NCBI RefSeq assembly: GCF_009914755.1
Contig: NC_060928.1
Strand: one strand, 5' to 3'
Length of the DNA stretch: 64,000 bases
DNA from: the human T2T-CHM13v2.0 reference genome, Homo sapiens
Made by a program: the position numbers and the translations under genes. Shown here one piece after another: positions 27,873 to 43,882 of the stretch; within the stretch, counting starts at the first letter, position 1; each line of letters begins with the position of its first letter. Below the pieces are notes generated by a model, which saw only the letters and a list, made by a program, of their open reading frames with translations, did no database searches and was not told the DNA's origin.

Positions 27873-28556
27873 TGTAAATCAAAGAAAATGACAGAGACAA
27901 GTCTCAATCATTTTAGGAGGTTTATTTGCCAAGATTAAGGACACACCCAGGAAAGACCATAGATCTACAGGAAAAATTGTGGTCCATTGTTTTTCTGAAG
28001 AGGGTCTGGGAACTACAATATTTAAAGGAAAAAGAGTGAGTATTGGGGAAAGAGGAAGAAAATTTTTAAAAGGTATGAGTAGATAAGAGGCAAGTGGTTG
28101 CATTCTTTTGAGTCTTTGATTAGCTTTTCACTGAATGCACAATTTACATGAGAGAAGGGGATAGAGAAATAGTCATTTATACCATCATCTAGCTCTGTGA
28201 ATCTTCATTTTTACATAAAATAAATATAGGGTAGAGGAAGCAATAGATAGATATGCATTTGTCTCAGGTGAGCAGAAGGATGACTTTAGGTTCTATCCTT
28301 TGTCCTGTACCTATGAAGATAAGCTATCAATTTACATTGCCAGGGTGAAATGCAACAGAACTGTTTTAGGATAAAGATCATGGGGCCCATGAGGAATTTC
28401 TCTGTAGGCAAATTGTGAGGAGGGTATGTAGCTTTTTTTTATCTTCGTATCTATCTTTTTAGGAACAAAACGGGAGGCAGGTTTGCATGACCCAGTTCCC
28501 AGCTTAACTTTTCCCTTTGGCTTTAGTGAGTTTTTGGGTCCTTTTTATATCCTTCA
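27873..28556 (-). mobile_element. MER4A-type ERV1 solo LTR
   Basis: GAGACAAGTCTCAATCATTTTAGGAGGTTTATTTGCCAAG...ATATGCATTTGTCTCAGGTGAGCAGA...CAGTTCCCAGCTTAACTTTTCCCTTTGGC, the reverse complement of MER4A. Confidence 0.88.
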
Positions 28557-29587
28557 TCTCCATTATGTTCTCACTTCTCTGCCTACACAAATTACATTCC
28601 ATAGATCACCATTATAATCACTCCTTTTCACATGCCCCCAGTGGCCCATCCCCCTCTCCTTCCAATATATTTACCTGGCTAAATACTATTGTTCCCTAAG
28701 TTCAAATCATCACCTACTTCACCCTTGCACCTAAACAACTGAATGGGGCTGAAGAAAAACACACAACCATGCACAACTCTCTCCCTTTGATTTCATAATC
28801 CCTAAACTCAAGAGGGCTCTTGCTCAGCAATCATGCTGCTTTCCTGGCTCATTCACTCTCCCAGTTGCATAGATAATTATTTCATGTCTTTTCTGTCCTC
28901 AAATCTCCAATACTATCTCCCTTCAACTGATGATCTTGTTTTCTATTTCTCTGCAAATACAGTGATATCAAAAGAGAAATCTTCACAGTCCTATTGCCAT
29001 ATCTATCTTTATATCTGCCTTTTTTCTTGTTACTAGAAATCATAACATGCTCTTATCTAAGTTTAACCCCTTCTCTTGTACTCTAGGTCTGATCCGCTCT
29101 TACACCTAGTCAAAGACATCACCCCAATATTTATCCTTCGTCCTTCTTTATTGCCTCATATCTCTATTTTACTTTATAGGTAAACTTAATATTCTGTCCT
29201 GAATGTCATTCTTACCTTAATCTACTTCATACAGGCTTTTGTCTTTACTTAAACGAAACTAAGCTTATCAGGTCACCAGTTTTCACACCATTGTATGTGC
29301 AATGATAAATTCTTAGTCTTCATCTCATTTGACCATCATCAGCATTTGACACAATTGATCACTCCCCCTTTGAAACATTTTCTTCACAAGGCTTCCAGAA
29401 TAGCACTTCTTCTTGTTTCTCCTCCCACTTCACTGTGGGTCTCTTCTGGTTTTTCTTTCTTTTTATTCATTTCAGCCTATAAATATTATAATGACTCAGG
29501 GCTTAGTCGTCAGATACCTTCCCTCCTTTATCTATAGTCTTCCAAAAGTGATGAAATCTAGTCTCATGGCTTTAAAAAATCTTCTAT

Positions 29588-30010
<423 letters not shown>

Positions 30011-30412
30011 TCATTGCATATATGTTATGGGATTAATAATAAGTAAACATAGTATATTTACATTTTAATGGGATGCCCGTTATTTTAAAAATAACATAAT
30101 TAAAATGGATTTCTTAATTCCCCCATCTCTACCCCAAGATTTCTACAGTCTTCTCCATTCATTCTTCCTAGTTGCTCCCACCAAGAACCTTGGAATCACC
30201 CTTGATTCTTCTCTTTCTCTCAGACCATTCATGAAATTTATTACCAAACCCTTTTGTTCAAGCCACCATTATGTCTCTCCAAAATTATTATAGGAGCTTA
30301 CCAAACAATCTCATTGCTTCCACCATTGGCCTTCTACACCATATGTTTCACACATAAGCCAGGATGGTGCTTTCAAATGTAAGTCAGATCAGATCACAGT
30401 CAGAACAGGAAG

Positions 30413-30889
30413 TGTTAGTGTTCTGAGCTAATAAGTTAGTCTGCTGCAGTTTCATAATAATGGGAGAAGACACAAAACTACTAGGTCAGAGACAAAAGAT
30501 AATTTATTACTCACATTAATAATAGTCAGTCTAACATTGTTATACCGGTTCACTAAGCCCCAGTTCTCACAGGATGATGTAGGGCCAGGTATTGACAGCA
30601 CATGGAGTGAGGTCTGTTATAGGATAGGGGCACAAATGTTAGGAAGTCCTGGTGTTATATGAATAGCCGCTGACAAAACTGCCTTTCCTCCTTTCCAGAT
30701 GGAGATATCTCTTTCTTTATTACCCAGCAATATAAACAAATCTGCTCCAGAAAAGAAAAAAAAACTCCATCTTCCTAGGTTACTTGCTATGTAAACATCA
30801 TTAAACAGATAGTTCAGAGCAAATTATCTGTTAATGCCTTTGAAGATGTACAGAAATGTGAAAGACTCCTGGGAAATTTTGTCCCAACA
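30413..30889 (-). mobile_element. LTR40-like ERVL solo LTR
   Basis: Minus strand begins TGTTGGGACAAAATTTCCCAGGAGTCTTTCACATTTCTGTACATCTT and ends ...CACTAACA; resembles the remembered LTR40 consensus. Confidence 0.7.
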
Positions 30890-32301
30890 ATTACTTCTCT
30901 CCTTAAAGCCCTCTAATGGTTTTCCATTTCATTTATAGTAAAAGCCAAATTCAGTGTAAAGGCTTGCAAGGTCCTATGCGGTGTTATCCTTTGCTCTCTA
31001 TTAGAGCTCATCTCCTACCACTGTCACTCTTAGCCACTCAGCTGCAGCCACACTATCATCACTACTGTTCTTTAAAATGCCATGTATGCTCCTACCTTGA
31101 CTAACCATCGAAATATCTCCCAGCTATATATTATGCTCACTTTCTTTAGTTGCTTCTCTGTCTAATGTTAACTTATCCAAGACTCTTCCTAGATCATCAT
31201 ATATAAAATAAGTTATAAAATAATAACCCAGCAATCCCTGTCTCCCTTTACCCTGCTTTAAATTCCTTCATTGTTTGTGACCACTTGACACATTATCCAT
31301 TTGCATGTTTATTGTCAAAATTACCTCATTAATATGAAAGCTCCATTAAGGCACTTGAAATAGTGTCTGGTACATAGCACCTAAGAGGAAGGAAGGGAGA
31401 AAGGAGAGAAGGAGGGAGAGAGGGAATTCAAAGGGAGAAGGAGGGCAGAGTGAAAGGAGGAAAAAAACATGAAAAATTATTCTAAGGTGGCAAGTCTGAG
31501 GAAGTTTAAGGAGAGTAGCACCATGGCAAACTTGGCTATTATTCATTTTTTAAGAAAAAAATCACTAATAAGCAAAAGTTTTAGTAGGTTAAATGTAACT
31601 TGATAAAAGGTTATTCAAGTGCTCTATTTTAAACCAGTATTTCTCATATGGGAGTCCATAGACCTCAGAGGATAAATGAGCATATTCGTATGAGTCTAAT
31701 GATTTTCTAAGAGATTTTTAAACTTTTTAATTTTTAACTTTGATTTTGATAAAAATAAAACATATATGTACTTAGCAATGTAAGATTATACAAATAGTAA
31801 TTTATGTCAACACTGGGGGTCCACAGGTATTTTTACCATAAAAAGTATCCAGCATTTCTCAAATATGAGAGACATGGGTGCCTTAGCTCTTCACAGCTCC
31901 AAAGTATACATTCTATTGTATCTTCCACTGTTGCTCTCCCATTTTTTCCTATTCAGGAATGTGTCTATAAATTTAGGGGAATTAGATGACTCTTTAGTTA
32001 ATATGTCCTAATATTCAACCTCTAATGTAACTCGGGCTCTGAAAGCCATAAATATTAAAACTCCCATAATCATAAAACTTTTCAAGATCTGAAGTGTTAC
32101 CTTCACTGTCAGAAGAGCAATTAAAATGTATTCAGAGGAGTTCAATTAGCTTATTGTATAAGCAATTGTTTGCCACTGCCCACTCAGAGGCCAGTATAAG
32201 CTTTAGCCTTGGCAGGATGAATTGCTAATTTGTGTCAGGTGATAACAAGGGTCTACTCCAGAGCAGCATTCAGGAGGTCTGTTTAACTTCTAATCAACCT
32301 T

Positions 32302-32677
32302 TATATTAGTCTTCTTGGGCTGCATAACAAAACACCATAAACTGGGTGGGTTAAACAATAGAAATGTACTTTCTCACAGTTCTGGAGGCTGGAAGCCTGA
32401 GATCAGGGTGCCAGCAGGGTAAGTTCTGGTGAAGGCTCTCTTATTGGCTTACAGACAGTGCCTTCTTTCTGTGTCATCACATAGTGAAGAGAAGGAGAGG
32501 GTAAACTCTATGGTGTCTCTTCTTGTGAGAGCACTTAATCCCATCATGAAAACCCCACCCTCATGAACTCATCTCAACCTAATTAGCTCCCAAAGGCCCA
32601 GTCTCCAAATATCATCACGCTGAGGGTTAAGGCTCCAACATATGCATTTTGAGGGAACACAATGCAGTCCAGAGCAA
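32302..32677 (-). mobile_element. MLT1A-type MaLR solo LTR
   Basis: TATATTAGTC...GCTGCATAACAAAACACCATAAACTGGGTGG...TCTCACAGTTCTGGAGGCTGGAAG...CTAATTAGCTCCCAAAGGCCC...GAACACAATGCAGTCCAGAGCA. Confidence 0.88.
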
Positions 32678-35600
32678 TACTTAATATGACACAGCTGTTT
32701 TGTATTTCAGAGCATTCACAGCTCCCATTCCCTAGGAGCTGTTCATAACCAGAAACTCATCCTGGCACTCAGCAACTCTACGCAGGGCTCCCAGCTTCCT
32801 CCCTCTTCAGCCTTAGCATCTACCTCACCTCTTAACTGACTCTCAGTGTTTTCTCTCTGAAGATGGGCAGAAGTGTGGTCTTGGATGGCTACAAGAGAAG
32901 TAGATCTCTGCAAGACAGGTAGAGCTCCACCACAACTTTTTAACATATACTAACACGAACTTGATATTTTAAAGTGCAGAAATCAAAGTGTAGAATCAAA
33001 GTGTAGAACCTATATAGGTTAGTTGCATATATTTAAACATGTATATACGTGTGTGTATATATGGATATAATATGTATATGGTATCATTAAGTAACATACA
33101 TACCTCTGGAAAAGGGAACTAGATGATCAAGGGACAGAATAAGAAAAATATTTGCTTTTTAAAATAAGCCCTTTTGGACTTTTGGAATGGTGAATGCAGT
33201 GCATGGATTTCCTTTTTAATAAACATATAAACAGACTTAGAACCTATCTTCTTTATTGGGTGAACTTCTTAGTAATGTTGATGCAAGGCAGGTAGGCATC
33301 CCACGCCTTGGGGGAATGGTAGAGCATGGCATTTGTGTGATTAGATGAAAGCCACTGCTACTAATACCTTTTAGTATAGAGAGCTGTTCTCTATGGAGGA
33401 TGTAAGCACACAATTGCATAGGAGTAAGGTTGAAGAGTCCCAGGGAACACAGACATTGAGATTTTGATTCTTCTTTGAGATTGTTGTTATTAGAAACTTT
33501 CTTGTTGATCAATATGGTATCACTAGTAAGAATGACTTAAAATAGTCCCCAAGGATGACATTACCATTATGGGAAAGGCATCTGGACTGGTAAGCTAGCT
33601 CACAGCCAGGACCAATAATTTATGGTGGAAGGGCTAATTGCAGCATAGCAGCATCTGTGGATGGACTTCCTTGCTGAGCCTGCTCCCTGACAGGTGCCCA
33701 TATTTGGAGTATAATAGCTGAGCATGTGAATATGAACTAAAGCTGAACTTGGCAGCCCAAGTCTGAAGCACCCTTGCAAAGTGTCACAATGAGGGAGTGA
33801 GATCATCTTCTCTAGAAGTACCTCTACAGTCTCTCAAATTCTGCCCCATCCTTCATGTTAAAATCATTATAAGTACTGGGAGCCCAGCTAGGCTTAACAG
33901 TGTAGGGAGAAACCTATAAAACATCCCCTCCCTACACTAGAAAACTACTAGATCTTCAGTGGTGGCATTGCAACAGTGAAGTGTATGCCAGCGAAAATTA
34001 TAAGACTTTCCATTTTTAGCAGCAACATATGAAAACAGAAACAAAATCAGCAAAATACAATGATGTCCTCTTTCCTGTGACAGTTTAGAACTGTGGCTAT
34101 CCTTTTGACTAAGTAAGCTCCTGAAGGATTATGAGTAATTTTTAATTTGATGGAAAAGAAGAAAATTTTTGAATCAGATACTGGACTTTCTAGTAATTTG
34201 TGCACATGAATAACCAAACCAGTGTCAATTTGAAAAATAAAATAGATATGAACTCCTTTATACTCCAAGCTGGTGAAGTGGACCATACCAGTACCCTAGG
34301 AAAGAAGAACTGCATCCGTGAGCAGCCTCTGCACTGCCCAGGAAAAGCCAAACAGTCCTCACAAACCACTGGTTCAGAACAGAGCTGGACCTCTTGGAGC
34401 CTGAAACTAGAAGGCGGTTCACTTAGAATTTAAGAAATTAATGAATTAATTCAATACTTTTTCAAAAGAAAAGTGCAGCCTAAATTTATAGAATTAAAGG
34501 TTCTATACATCTCTCTTGTTCCTGAAACCACTTAACGTGCCTAACCCCTTAATGTATGCATTACAGTATATTATGATTAAATCATAGTTTAATTATGCTC
34601 CACAAACATCCTTGTTGTACTAACAGCCCCTAATGAGACTATAAGTTGAATATATTAAATTTAAAACCATTATGCTGAGAATGAAACAAAAAATCATTAG
34701 TTATTATGCTAATATGGTGATCTTTTAGACATGAGCTGATTGTTGGGCCAGGCTTTATTACAAAAGGAGGATTAGGGCTTGATTTAATGGCTTCCTCTTT
34801 CCATGCCCCAAGGTTACTGTAGCAAATTCTACTGGATTATTGGGCAGAGATAATGGGGGTAAGAATCAAGAAAGTTCACACAGTAGGAAGAGCTCCAAAA
34901 TGTGTTTTTGAATCTTGGATTTAAAATTATAAGAGTTTCAGCTACTTAAGGAAGGTGAAGATCTCAGCCAAATTGCTTGGCAACAGCTTGGCTGTATGAT
35001 AACTCTGTGGGCTTATTTTGTAACTTTATTTGCTCTCCCAGGAAAATACTGAGACTACAGCCATGTATAGATACCATAATTCAATACTCAAATAAAATTT
35101 GAATTGTTAATTTTTTTAAACAAATTATAAAGAGTAATACAAATTATATATCATTTTGGTTTTGTCTGATCCTGCTGCATACCGAAGAATATCTTAACCA
35201 GCCAATAAACCACATGTGAAAAGAAAGAATTTTTAGTATATGTATTCTATTACATGTTATGTTTCTTAATCCTTATTGATTTACTTTGCTCAGTAAAACA
35301 TTTTACTGTACACAGAAGCAAGCTTAGAAGCTTTCTGCAAATTGAGTATTATGTTTCTCTTATTAGCGGCCCCTAGAGTTTTCAGTTATAACGATTTTTA
35401 TTTTGACCACCCTATTAATTGGTGAGAACCTATATGAGTTTATAAATATATTTCCTTGTGCCCAATATTGCACACTAACATAAAACTTTAAGAGATTAAT
35501 GGGTACATCACTTCTTCTCCATAGTGAGTAAATATTAGGCTTGGTATTCTTGTCACCATGGCATGAGGTGGGTACTTTGCAACCTTATCATACTTGCTCT

Positions 35601-36050
35601 CTACCATAAGAGCCTTTTATTTTTGATATTTCACAGCTATTTAGGTATCACAAGTACTACAGAAATGTCATATTCTGAGGTAGAAAGCTCTACCCCAATC
35701 AATGACCCATCTTACTTTTATTTAACAACCGTATAGAATAGAAGCTTCATTTCCAGCACTACATTAATAATGAATGACAATAGTAAAGTTGGGAGATCAA
35801 TGATAAATTAATTCAAATGAATAAAATCACAATAACTGAGAAAAATGAGACAAAAAGATAAAATCATGATGACTGAGAAACTAAAAAGGCAAACTAAGCA
35901 AAAACAAGATGAAAAAACCCTAAAGCAAGAATGATAATCTTATAATGAAAATTGTTAAAAGTTGATCTAATAGAAAGTAGCAAACTTATCAAAATAATTA
36001 CAAACATAAACCGAGAAGAATAATATTTATGTAAAATATAGAAATGTTTT

Positions 36051-36414
<364 letters not shown>

Positions 36415-39400
36415 TTAAAGCAAAATACAGAACACTTTAAAAATTACCTTATAAACATGCTAAGATATATTTAAATTAAAATCACGGTAAGTTACCCTTT
36501 ATAACAGACTCATCATTAGCCTCTGCTCACTATTACTACTGCCTGTGTTAGGGGTCTCTACTCTAGCTTTTTTCCCTTATAGAGTAAATGCTGACTGTGC
36601 TAAATTAAGTTCACCAACACTTAAATGTCATACACCTGTACCCTCATGACTCATTTGCTCCCTAGAATAGATTATCAGAATTTCAAAAATGAAATAGATT
36701 ATACAAGAACAATATGATTCTACAGAGATGAAAAATGTTATGAGGATATGAATTATTAGTAAGTTATCTTAAGAAACCCTGTCATTAATCCCCAGAGACC
36801 ATCTAAGCTAGATTAACCTCCTTATTTTAAAAGGCAGAATAGGTTTATCAAGATAAGAACATAATTTTTTGAATACATTAGTTTCCCAAGCATAAATATA
36901 ATACTTACCAATCCTCTTCTTTCTCTCTTTTACTTCTACTTAGTAATACTTTTAATTTGGTAATTTTATTACTTCTCAGGCAATGTGTGTATATAGTTGG
37001 GGGCTAATAATATAACACAAAATATTCTTTAGTAATCCCTAACTTGAAAAAGGAGGTGCATAGTGCATAACTGTGGTCTTGGGTTAGATCCTGAGGCAAT
37101 CCAAAGGGTTGTACATGCAGAATCTTCTCTCTCTGCAATGCTGATGTCTGTAAAGAATTTACTGAGTTTTTGGAAGTCACAGAGAGGAGTGCATGTCCAA
37201 AAAGTACTACTGTTTTGTTTTGTTAGTTTTTTATTTCAATGACAGTTATATTATGGACACTGTTTTGGAAATTCTGCGATATTAACATTTTGTTAAATTG
37301 TGATATAATCACATTCATACACATAAACACACAGATACGCTGAATATTAATTTGCCGATGGTTTTGTTATTTCAAGACTTTCAGCAGTGAAGATCACAGA
37401 ATTAAGAGTAGAACCAAATTCAGACAACCAAATGTATGGCTTGGATAAAAGTTAGAGGTCAGGTACTGAAGAAGGCTAGAAACTGATAACAAAGTTGGAA
37501 TTAGAGGCCAAAAGCTATGTATTTAATCAGGGATTATAGATAATGCAGTTGCCAAAGATTAAGACAAGTCAGCACATTGAGACCAGGAGCTGTGAGAATT
37601 TGAGAGACAAAGATGAGGAGTACTGAACTAGAACAAGAGCAGGAAATACAGCTTGGCCACTTCCTTCTAGAATAAAAACCAGTTCCATAATGTGATAGCC
37701 TAGGACCTAAAACCAAAGGCTAAATGTGTTAATCTGGTTAGATGTGACATTCAAAGCTAGGGTAAATATGCCCTCTCAGTTCCTGGGAATCCTTCCATAA
37801 ATCCTGTAAGAGGTTATGCCTGAAAACATTTGTGACCGAAGCATTTTAAAGTTTGAGATAGAAAATGGTTATGCCTTAAACTGTTAGAAACGTTTGTATC
37901 TCTCACAATCTTTGAATGCATTTTTGCCTTTGTAGGAATGTTTGTTTAAAGACACTCTAAGTGACCATTTCCACACATTACTTACTTCTGGGGAAGCCTA
38001 AGAAACAGTCCCAATACTCCGAGTGACATGCAAAATTGACCACTATGAATTTCCGTGAATGCTCAGAGAATTTTCAAACAAAACAAGTCTTTCCTACAGG
38101 CAATTAAACACCTTGGGAAAAGTCAATGACAGCTCTACATGGTTTTGAGCTTGAATTTCAAATCTATTCGTTTTTTTTTTAGTTCCAATAAATAAGAACT
38201 ATTCTCCCTAAAGCACAGAAGGCATAAAACAAAATTCAGGAGAAATACTACAACATTTAGGTTACAATGATGCTAACTAACTGAAACTGACACATATTTT
38301 CTGATCTGCCAAGAAAAAGAAAAAGAAAAAAGAGAAAAATGATAAGAGCAATAGAAACTTGTAAAAAAAACAATTATTAATCAATCGTCTACCCCCAATT
38401 ATGCTTTCCGTAGGTTTAATCATTGACAAGACCTCTCAAATGGCAATTCAGTTTTATGGGAAAGAATTGAAAAAGGTCATAACACATCACTTAGGTACTT
38501 AATAATGCAGATTGTTTCATTACATTCATCTTTGCCTCTCTACATCCATTCATTAAGGAAGCAACAACTTCTAGTGCTGAATACTAAGTAGAGGATAGGT
38601 AGTGGTGCATAGAGGACTTGATGGCAAGTTCAGCCTTCAGTAAGAGCAGAGTGAAGCAGGCTCTCTAGAGATGGTACTGGTAATGAACTATCTCTAACAT
38701 ATTATTCAAATTTCAAAATATCCAAAAATAAATTTACTTCTTCACACTTTAAGAACCAAAAACTCAGAGAAAAAAAAAATCTCACTCTGTATAACAAAGC
38801 CGCCCTAAATGAATGTCTGCTATATACCAGAAATTTGTTAGAGGTTGTGCTCACAAACTTGGTTAGAAACTTAAGAGTTCATAAGGGAATTCTAGCAATA
38901 AAGGCATAGATAATATATAAACTGAAAGAGAATTAAACTATCACATTACTTTACAAATACCAGGACCAGAAAAATAATTTCTTGTTCAAGTTTGATAAAT
39001 CATACAGAAATGGGGAAAAAGGGATCTTTAAAAATTAAAAAAAAAACCCCTCTGTGATATGTAAGTAATAACATAGCTATTTCCCTGAAAATATAGAGAG
39101 ATATCTATCTCTAAATAATATTTATCCAATAAGTAAAATAAAAGCTTATTTTCTCTTTGGTTTTATTATATCAATGAAATATAAGTAATCATGGACTCAG
39201 TGAAGTAAAAGATAAAACATAAGATGAAAATTGATCTGGCATAAGAAAGTAAAAATACAGAGAAATCCCAAAGAAGCACAAAAAAAATAGAATAATTAAA
39301 ATATGCATTGGAACATGTAAAGGACAGAACTAAGACTGCAAATAATGTAATCAGTAACAACCTAGAGAAGTTCTCTAAGAAAATCATAAATACAGTGAAA

Positions 39401-39920
39401 GAGAAAATTCAACATGTGAATAATCACCACTGAGAAAGAAATAAGAATAGAGAAGCAATCATCAAAGAGATATTAGAAAGGAAAAATATAATGTCCTAAG
39501 TGAAAAAAATCAAAGCACAGACATTGATATATCAAAAAGGGTTACCAAATTCTAGACAAAATTAATATAAAGTAGGCTAAATTAAATATAAACTGTATAA
39601 ATTTTTTAGTCTGACATAAGATTTTGTAAAAATTCAGGAAGACAACAAAAATAGTTTTGGAGAATTGAAAAAAGTCAGGCCTGCCTTATTCAACCCAGAA
39701 TACCAGAACTGTATTCAGAACTGGGGGAAATAAAAGATGTGGTACTTATTTTATACCCAGACAAGATAACGTGGACAAATGGCTCAGGGAATATAACTAC
39801 CCAAGTGTATCTACCTGAAATTAAACAAAATTTGTTATCAGAATATTGAGAGCAAAACCAAAAGTAACAATGAGGGACTATGTCAAGCAATTAAAAATAT
39901 TAAATATCTGCAAATATGAT

Positions 39921-40456
39921 GTATTAGTTAGAGAAAAGGTTAAGAAGCTAAAACAAAAGGCTGCAAAATACAGGGGCTGAAACAAGACTGCAGCTTACTT
40001 TCTCTTACAAGAGTTTAGAGGTAGGAAGCCAGTCCCTGGTGGGAGGCAGACAATCCATTAGGTCATATGGAAACCCCAATTCCTTTGGTATAATTGCTCT
40101 GCCATCTCTTAGAGTGTTATCCTCATGAATATGGTGAGAGCTCGCATGGACAATCATGTCCATATTCTAGGCCATGGAAACTGGGAAAAAGAGGGGGTAA
40201 AAAACAATCAATTTCTTTACATAAAATTGATCTGGAAATTGCACACGTTGCTTTGCTCACATCCAATGGAGCAACACTTAGTCACATGATCTCATCTAGC
40301 TGCAGGGAGATTAGAAACTACAGTCTCTAATTGAGTGGACACATGACCAATTAAAACTCAGAATGTATTTGTATGTATGAAGGAGAGGTATTTTTTTTAA
40401 AGAGCTGAGGATAACGAATACTGATGTTCAATTTGCTAACTACTGTCTTTGCCATA
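39921..40456 (-). mobile_element. MLT1J-type MaLR LTR within old L1M sequence (~39200-41600)
   Basis: TGTATTAGTTAG...CTTTGCTCACATCCAATGG...CTTAGTCACATG...CTAGCTGCAGGGAGATTAGAAA...CTTTGCCATA. Confidence 0.7.
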
Positions 40457-41619
40457 TATTAAAATTAAATTTTAATATATGCCCAAATTAAAAACAAAAC
40501 TGAGGCATGAAAAAGAAACAAAGTTGAAATCTGTAACGAAATAAAAATAATAATTAACATTCAGAAATCTAGATTACTTTGGAGAATCAAGAAAAAGTAA
40601 TAGAAAAATATATGCCAAAACATTCATTTTATTTAGACTCAAAAAGTCTTATTTTTAAATATATTAAACTAGAAAAAGTTTAGTTTTAACATTAAAGTAA
40701 TTTCCATTTGAAGAAGATAAAACAAGATGTTTATCTTTCAATCACTAGAAAAAGTGAAAGGAGAAGCAAAGAAAAAAATAATGCAACAGCAAAGAAACAT
40801 TTTAAATTAAAAAAAGAAAGATGAAAGAAATAAGATCACTCAAAAGAATTTGGACAAAAAATAAAATAACTGAACTCACCTATTAAAACAAAATTTAACA
40901 ATGTTCAGCTTCAAAACTCACACATAACACAAGGACACCAAAATGCTAAAAACAAAAGGAAACAGAAAGATTGACTAGGCAAAATCAGACCAAAGGAAAG
41001 CTACTAGTAATATTAATTTCAAACAAAGTAAAATTGAATTTAGTAAACTATTAAAAAGATAGTCATTTCTGCTGATAAGCAATTTAAATTACAATGAAGA
41101 TAAATCAGTCATGAACTTCTTTGCTGGCAGTAGATGTCAAACACTGATAGAAAAATTATTTTTGTTGTGAGAATTTAAAACTCTCTTTTACAGAACAAAG
41201 ACTGACCAAGGTCTTACAAGGATTTCAATAGTACAATTAGTAAGATTTTTTATTAGACAGAGTAAACTTTATTCTACAGAGAACATTTTGAAAATGTTAT
41301 CATGTAGCTGTTCATGAAGATAATCTCAATAAATGCCAAGAAACAATATATTTTACAGCTCACATTCTCTGACTGAAAATGAAAACTGGTAATTAACAAC
41401 AAAAATTTTAAACAGAAACTCCCTAATCGCTTGTAAATGTAGAATTGCCTTGCTCAATAACTCTAGGATGAACAGAAAAATAAAAACTGCAATCATAAAA
41501 TATTTTTTAAATTAAATGTCTGGTTATTAAATAAAAATGGAAGTAAATGAACTCATAATTCAACTCCAAATGGTGAGGGGAAAAACATTTAAGAAAACAG
41601 GATGAGTAAAATCATTTAC

Positions 41620-41950
41620 TCTTTATTCAATCATTTATTCAGCAAATATTTTGACAAAGTCTAAAATGTTCCAGACATTGGTTTAGGCACTGAGGATACA
41701 GGGAACTTACATTTTAGTAAGCAATAAATAAGTAAATAAGTAAACATAAGTAAAAAGTAAACAAGTTCTTATATAACAATTATATAGAAATCAATGTAAA
41801 GAAACATATAGCAGGATAAGGAGTCAGAGATGTAAATAGGATAGGAGGAAATAGCTATTTTAGATAAAATAGTCACAGGGGTTTATCTGAACAGGTGACA
41901 TTTGAAAAGCGATTTGAAAGACAGAAGTGAGCAAAACAAGCAAACATCTG
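41620..41950 (-). mobile_element. L2 3' end relic
   Basis: TTCAATCATTTATTCAGCAAATATTTTGAC...CCAGACATTGGTTTAGGCACTGAGGATACA...AGGTGACATTTGAA. Confidence 0.75.
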
Positions 41951-43882
41951 GAAGAATTTGATGAAAAATGCAGAAATTGGTAAATCAGTAAACTGAGAGC
42001 TGATTCCTAGGAAAAGTTATGTATACCCCTGAAAACTAATATTAAGAAATAAAAAAGAAAGCATGCACACACAAATGTAAGAGACTGTAACAACAAACAT
42101 AAAAGAGACTTAAAAAAATAAACATATGTATGATATAGCATAGTTAGTGCATTGACTTTTGTTCTGGTTATATTGTGAGGCATTCATTATTCTTCAGAAT
42201 GATAAATACTGAGCTATTAGCTCAGCTTTCCTCTAAATCATACCTCAGTAAAAAGCCCTGTGATTCCCAGCACATTCTTGTCCAGCAATTTTGCTGCCTT
42301 TTCAAACTGTGCTAAAGTTTTAACTCACTTAATGGCCATTTTGCTCAAAGAAACACACATTTCATCACTTACAAAGTTACTGTTGACAAGTAGAGAACAA
42401 CAAAGCCACAATGAGATAAAAGCGGCTTTGGACCCAGACCCAGACTTGTTCAGTCCAAATTCTTACCTCAGCAAAATTTTAAGTTCCTTATGTCATGGCT
42501 ATTAAGATCCAATTGTGAAGAGCTGAAACAAAAATATACTACACCCACTAAATAACTCCATAAAATGATTACGAAGCAAAAAGCCAAGATGATATATAGT
42601 TTTTCTAAGAAAATAAATATTTTAAGAAATAAAGAAAAAATCAAAAATTTAGGAAATAGGATTTTGAATTAGACGTTCCTGTGGTCTGGGAATTTGGGAT
42701 AAATGTTCAAAGAAACTTTGCTTTAAAGAGAATACCAAGGACTTGCCAAATGTCCACTGTGGGCTTATTAAAAGAAATCAGAATCAGACCTGATCCCTTC
42801 ACCCCCATTTACCCATGTCCAGCTTATTTTAAAAGAAAGCAATGCTAAAGGAGGTTAATGTACTGCAGAACTGAACTGAGGTGTGAGCTGTCAGCCGAGA
42901 CAGAAGAGTGTAATGGGTTTCCCCCTCCATTTCCTCACTTCAGTCTAATTAAGGAGAGAGTCCAAGAGAACCAGTTATAGAGATTAGGAGTGCCTAAAGG
43001 AAGAGGCGATTGACATTCCCTTCTCTGTCTGATTAGCATAGAATATATGGACCTTGGCCCTGCCAGATGCAGAGGAGACTGTGGTAAGAGAGCTTTTGGG
43101 AGAACCTGACACATATTCCTTGTAGCTGACTTGAGCAGGTGGCAAAAGCAGGAACAAGGAGAGAGGGCAGCAGAAGAGGGCCTTCACTAGAAGTTATTTT
43201 AAAAAGGTGTTGTGGTCTTAAAGGTGCCCCACAAGAGAACAACCAGAGGACCTCACTATTAGGGACCTCAGATATACTGCCAGGATGGTGAAGAAGTCTC
43301 TGTGGCACTCCAAAGAATTAACATCGGCAGTCTGCGGTCTACAAAGACATCAGTGACAATGATAGTTAAGTGGTAAAACTTTTGTTACTCTCTCGAAGTC
43401 CCCAAGCACCCCATCCCATCCCTGTGGGAGCCTATTCAGCAGATAGACAGAGAAGAGGAGAACAAATGGGAGAAGGGCAGTGAAATAACAGACCTTGTCT
43501 TGGCTCTTGATGCTTTCTAGGATTATATCAGTAAAAAGGATCCAGGAGCTAACTTCAAAGGGTTACCACAGCTCACAAATGAAATAAATTGAGCATGGAT
43601 AGGAATATTGACTGCAATAATTTGAAATGTATCTAATATGTTAAAATCTTGGATGCTTTAACAACAAAAAAGGAAAAGGAGCCAATGTTTACCGTAGGAA
43701 GATGCTAAATAAACAAATAATTATCCTGAAAACCAATACATAAAGAGAAAAAATCAGGAGTACAAGAATAAAACACCATGGAAGTTGTATAATGAAACTT
43801 AAGCTCAGAGTCTCCAGAGTTCAGTGCAATCTCCAGCACACAGTAGCAAATTAATAAATAATTTTAAATTAAAGGCAAAAAA

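Noticed and set aside
32981-33008. Short tandem duplication AATCAAAGTGTAG x2 (similarly TTATATCTGCAA x2 near 61346-61375)
   Set aside because: Ordinary slippage-scale duplications with no further context
42820-43560. GC-richer island that may be an ancient LTR or enhancer
   Set aside because: No termini or family consensus could be recognised with confidence
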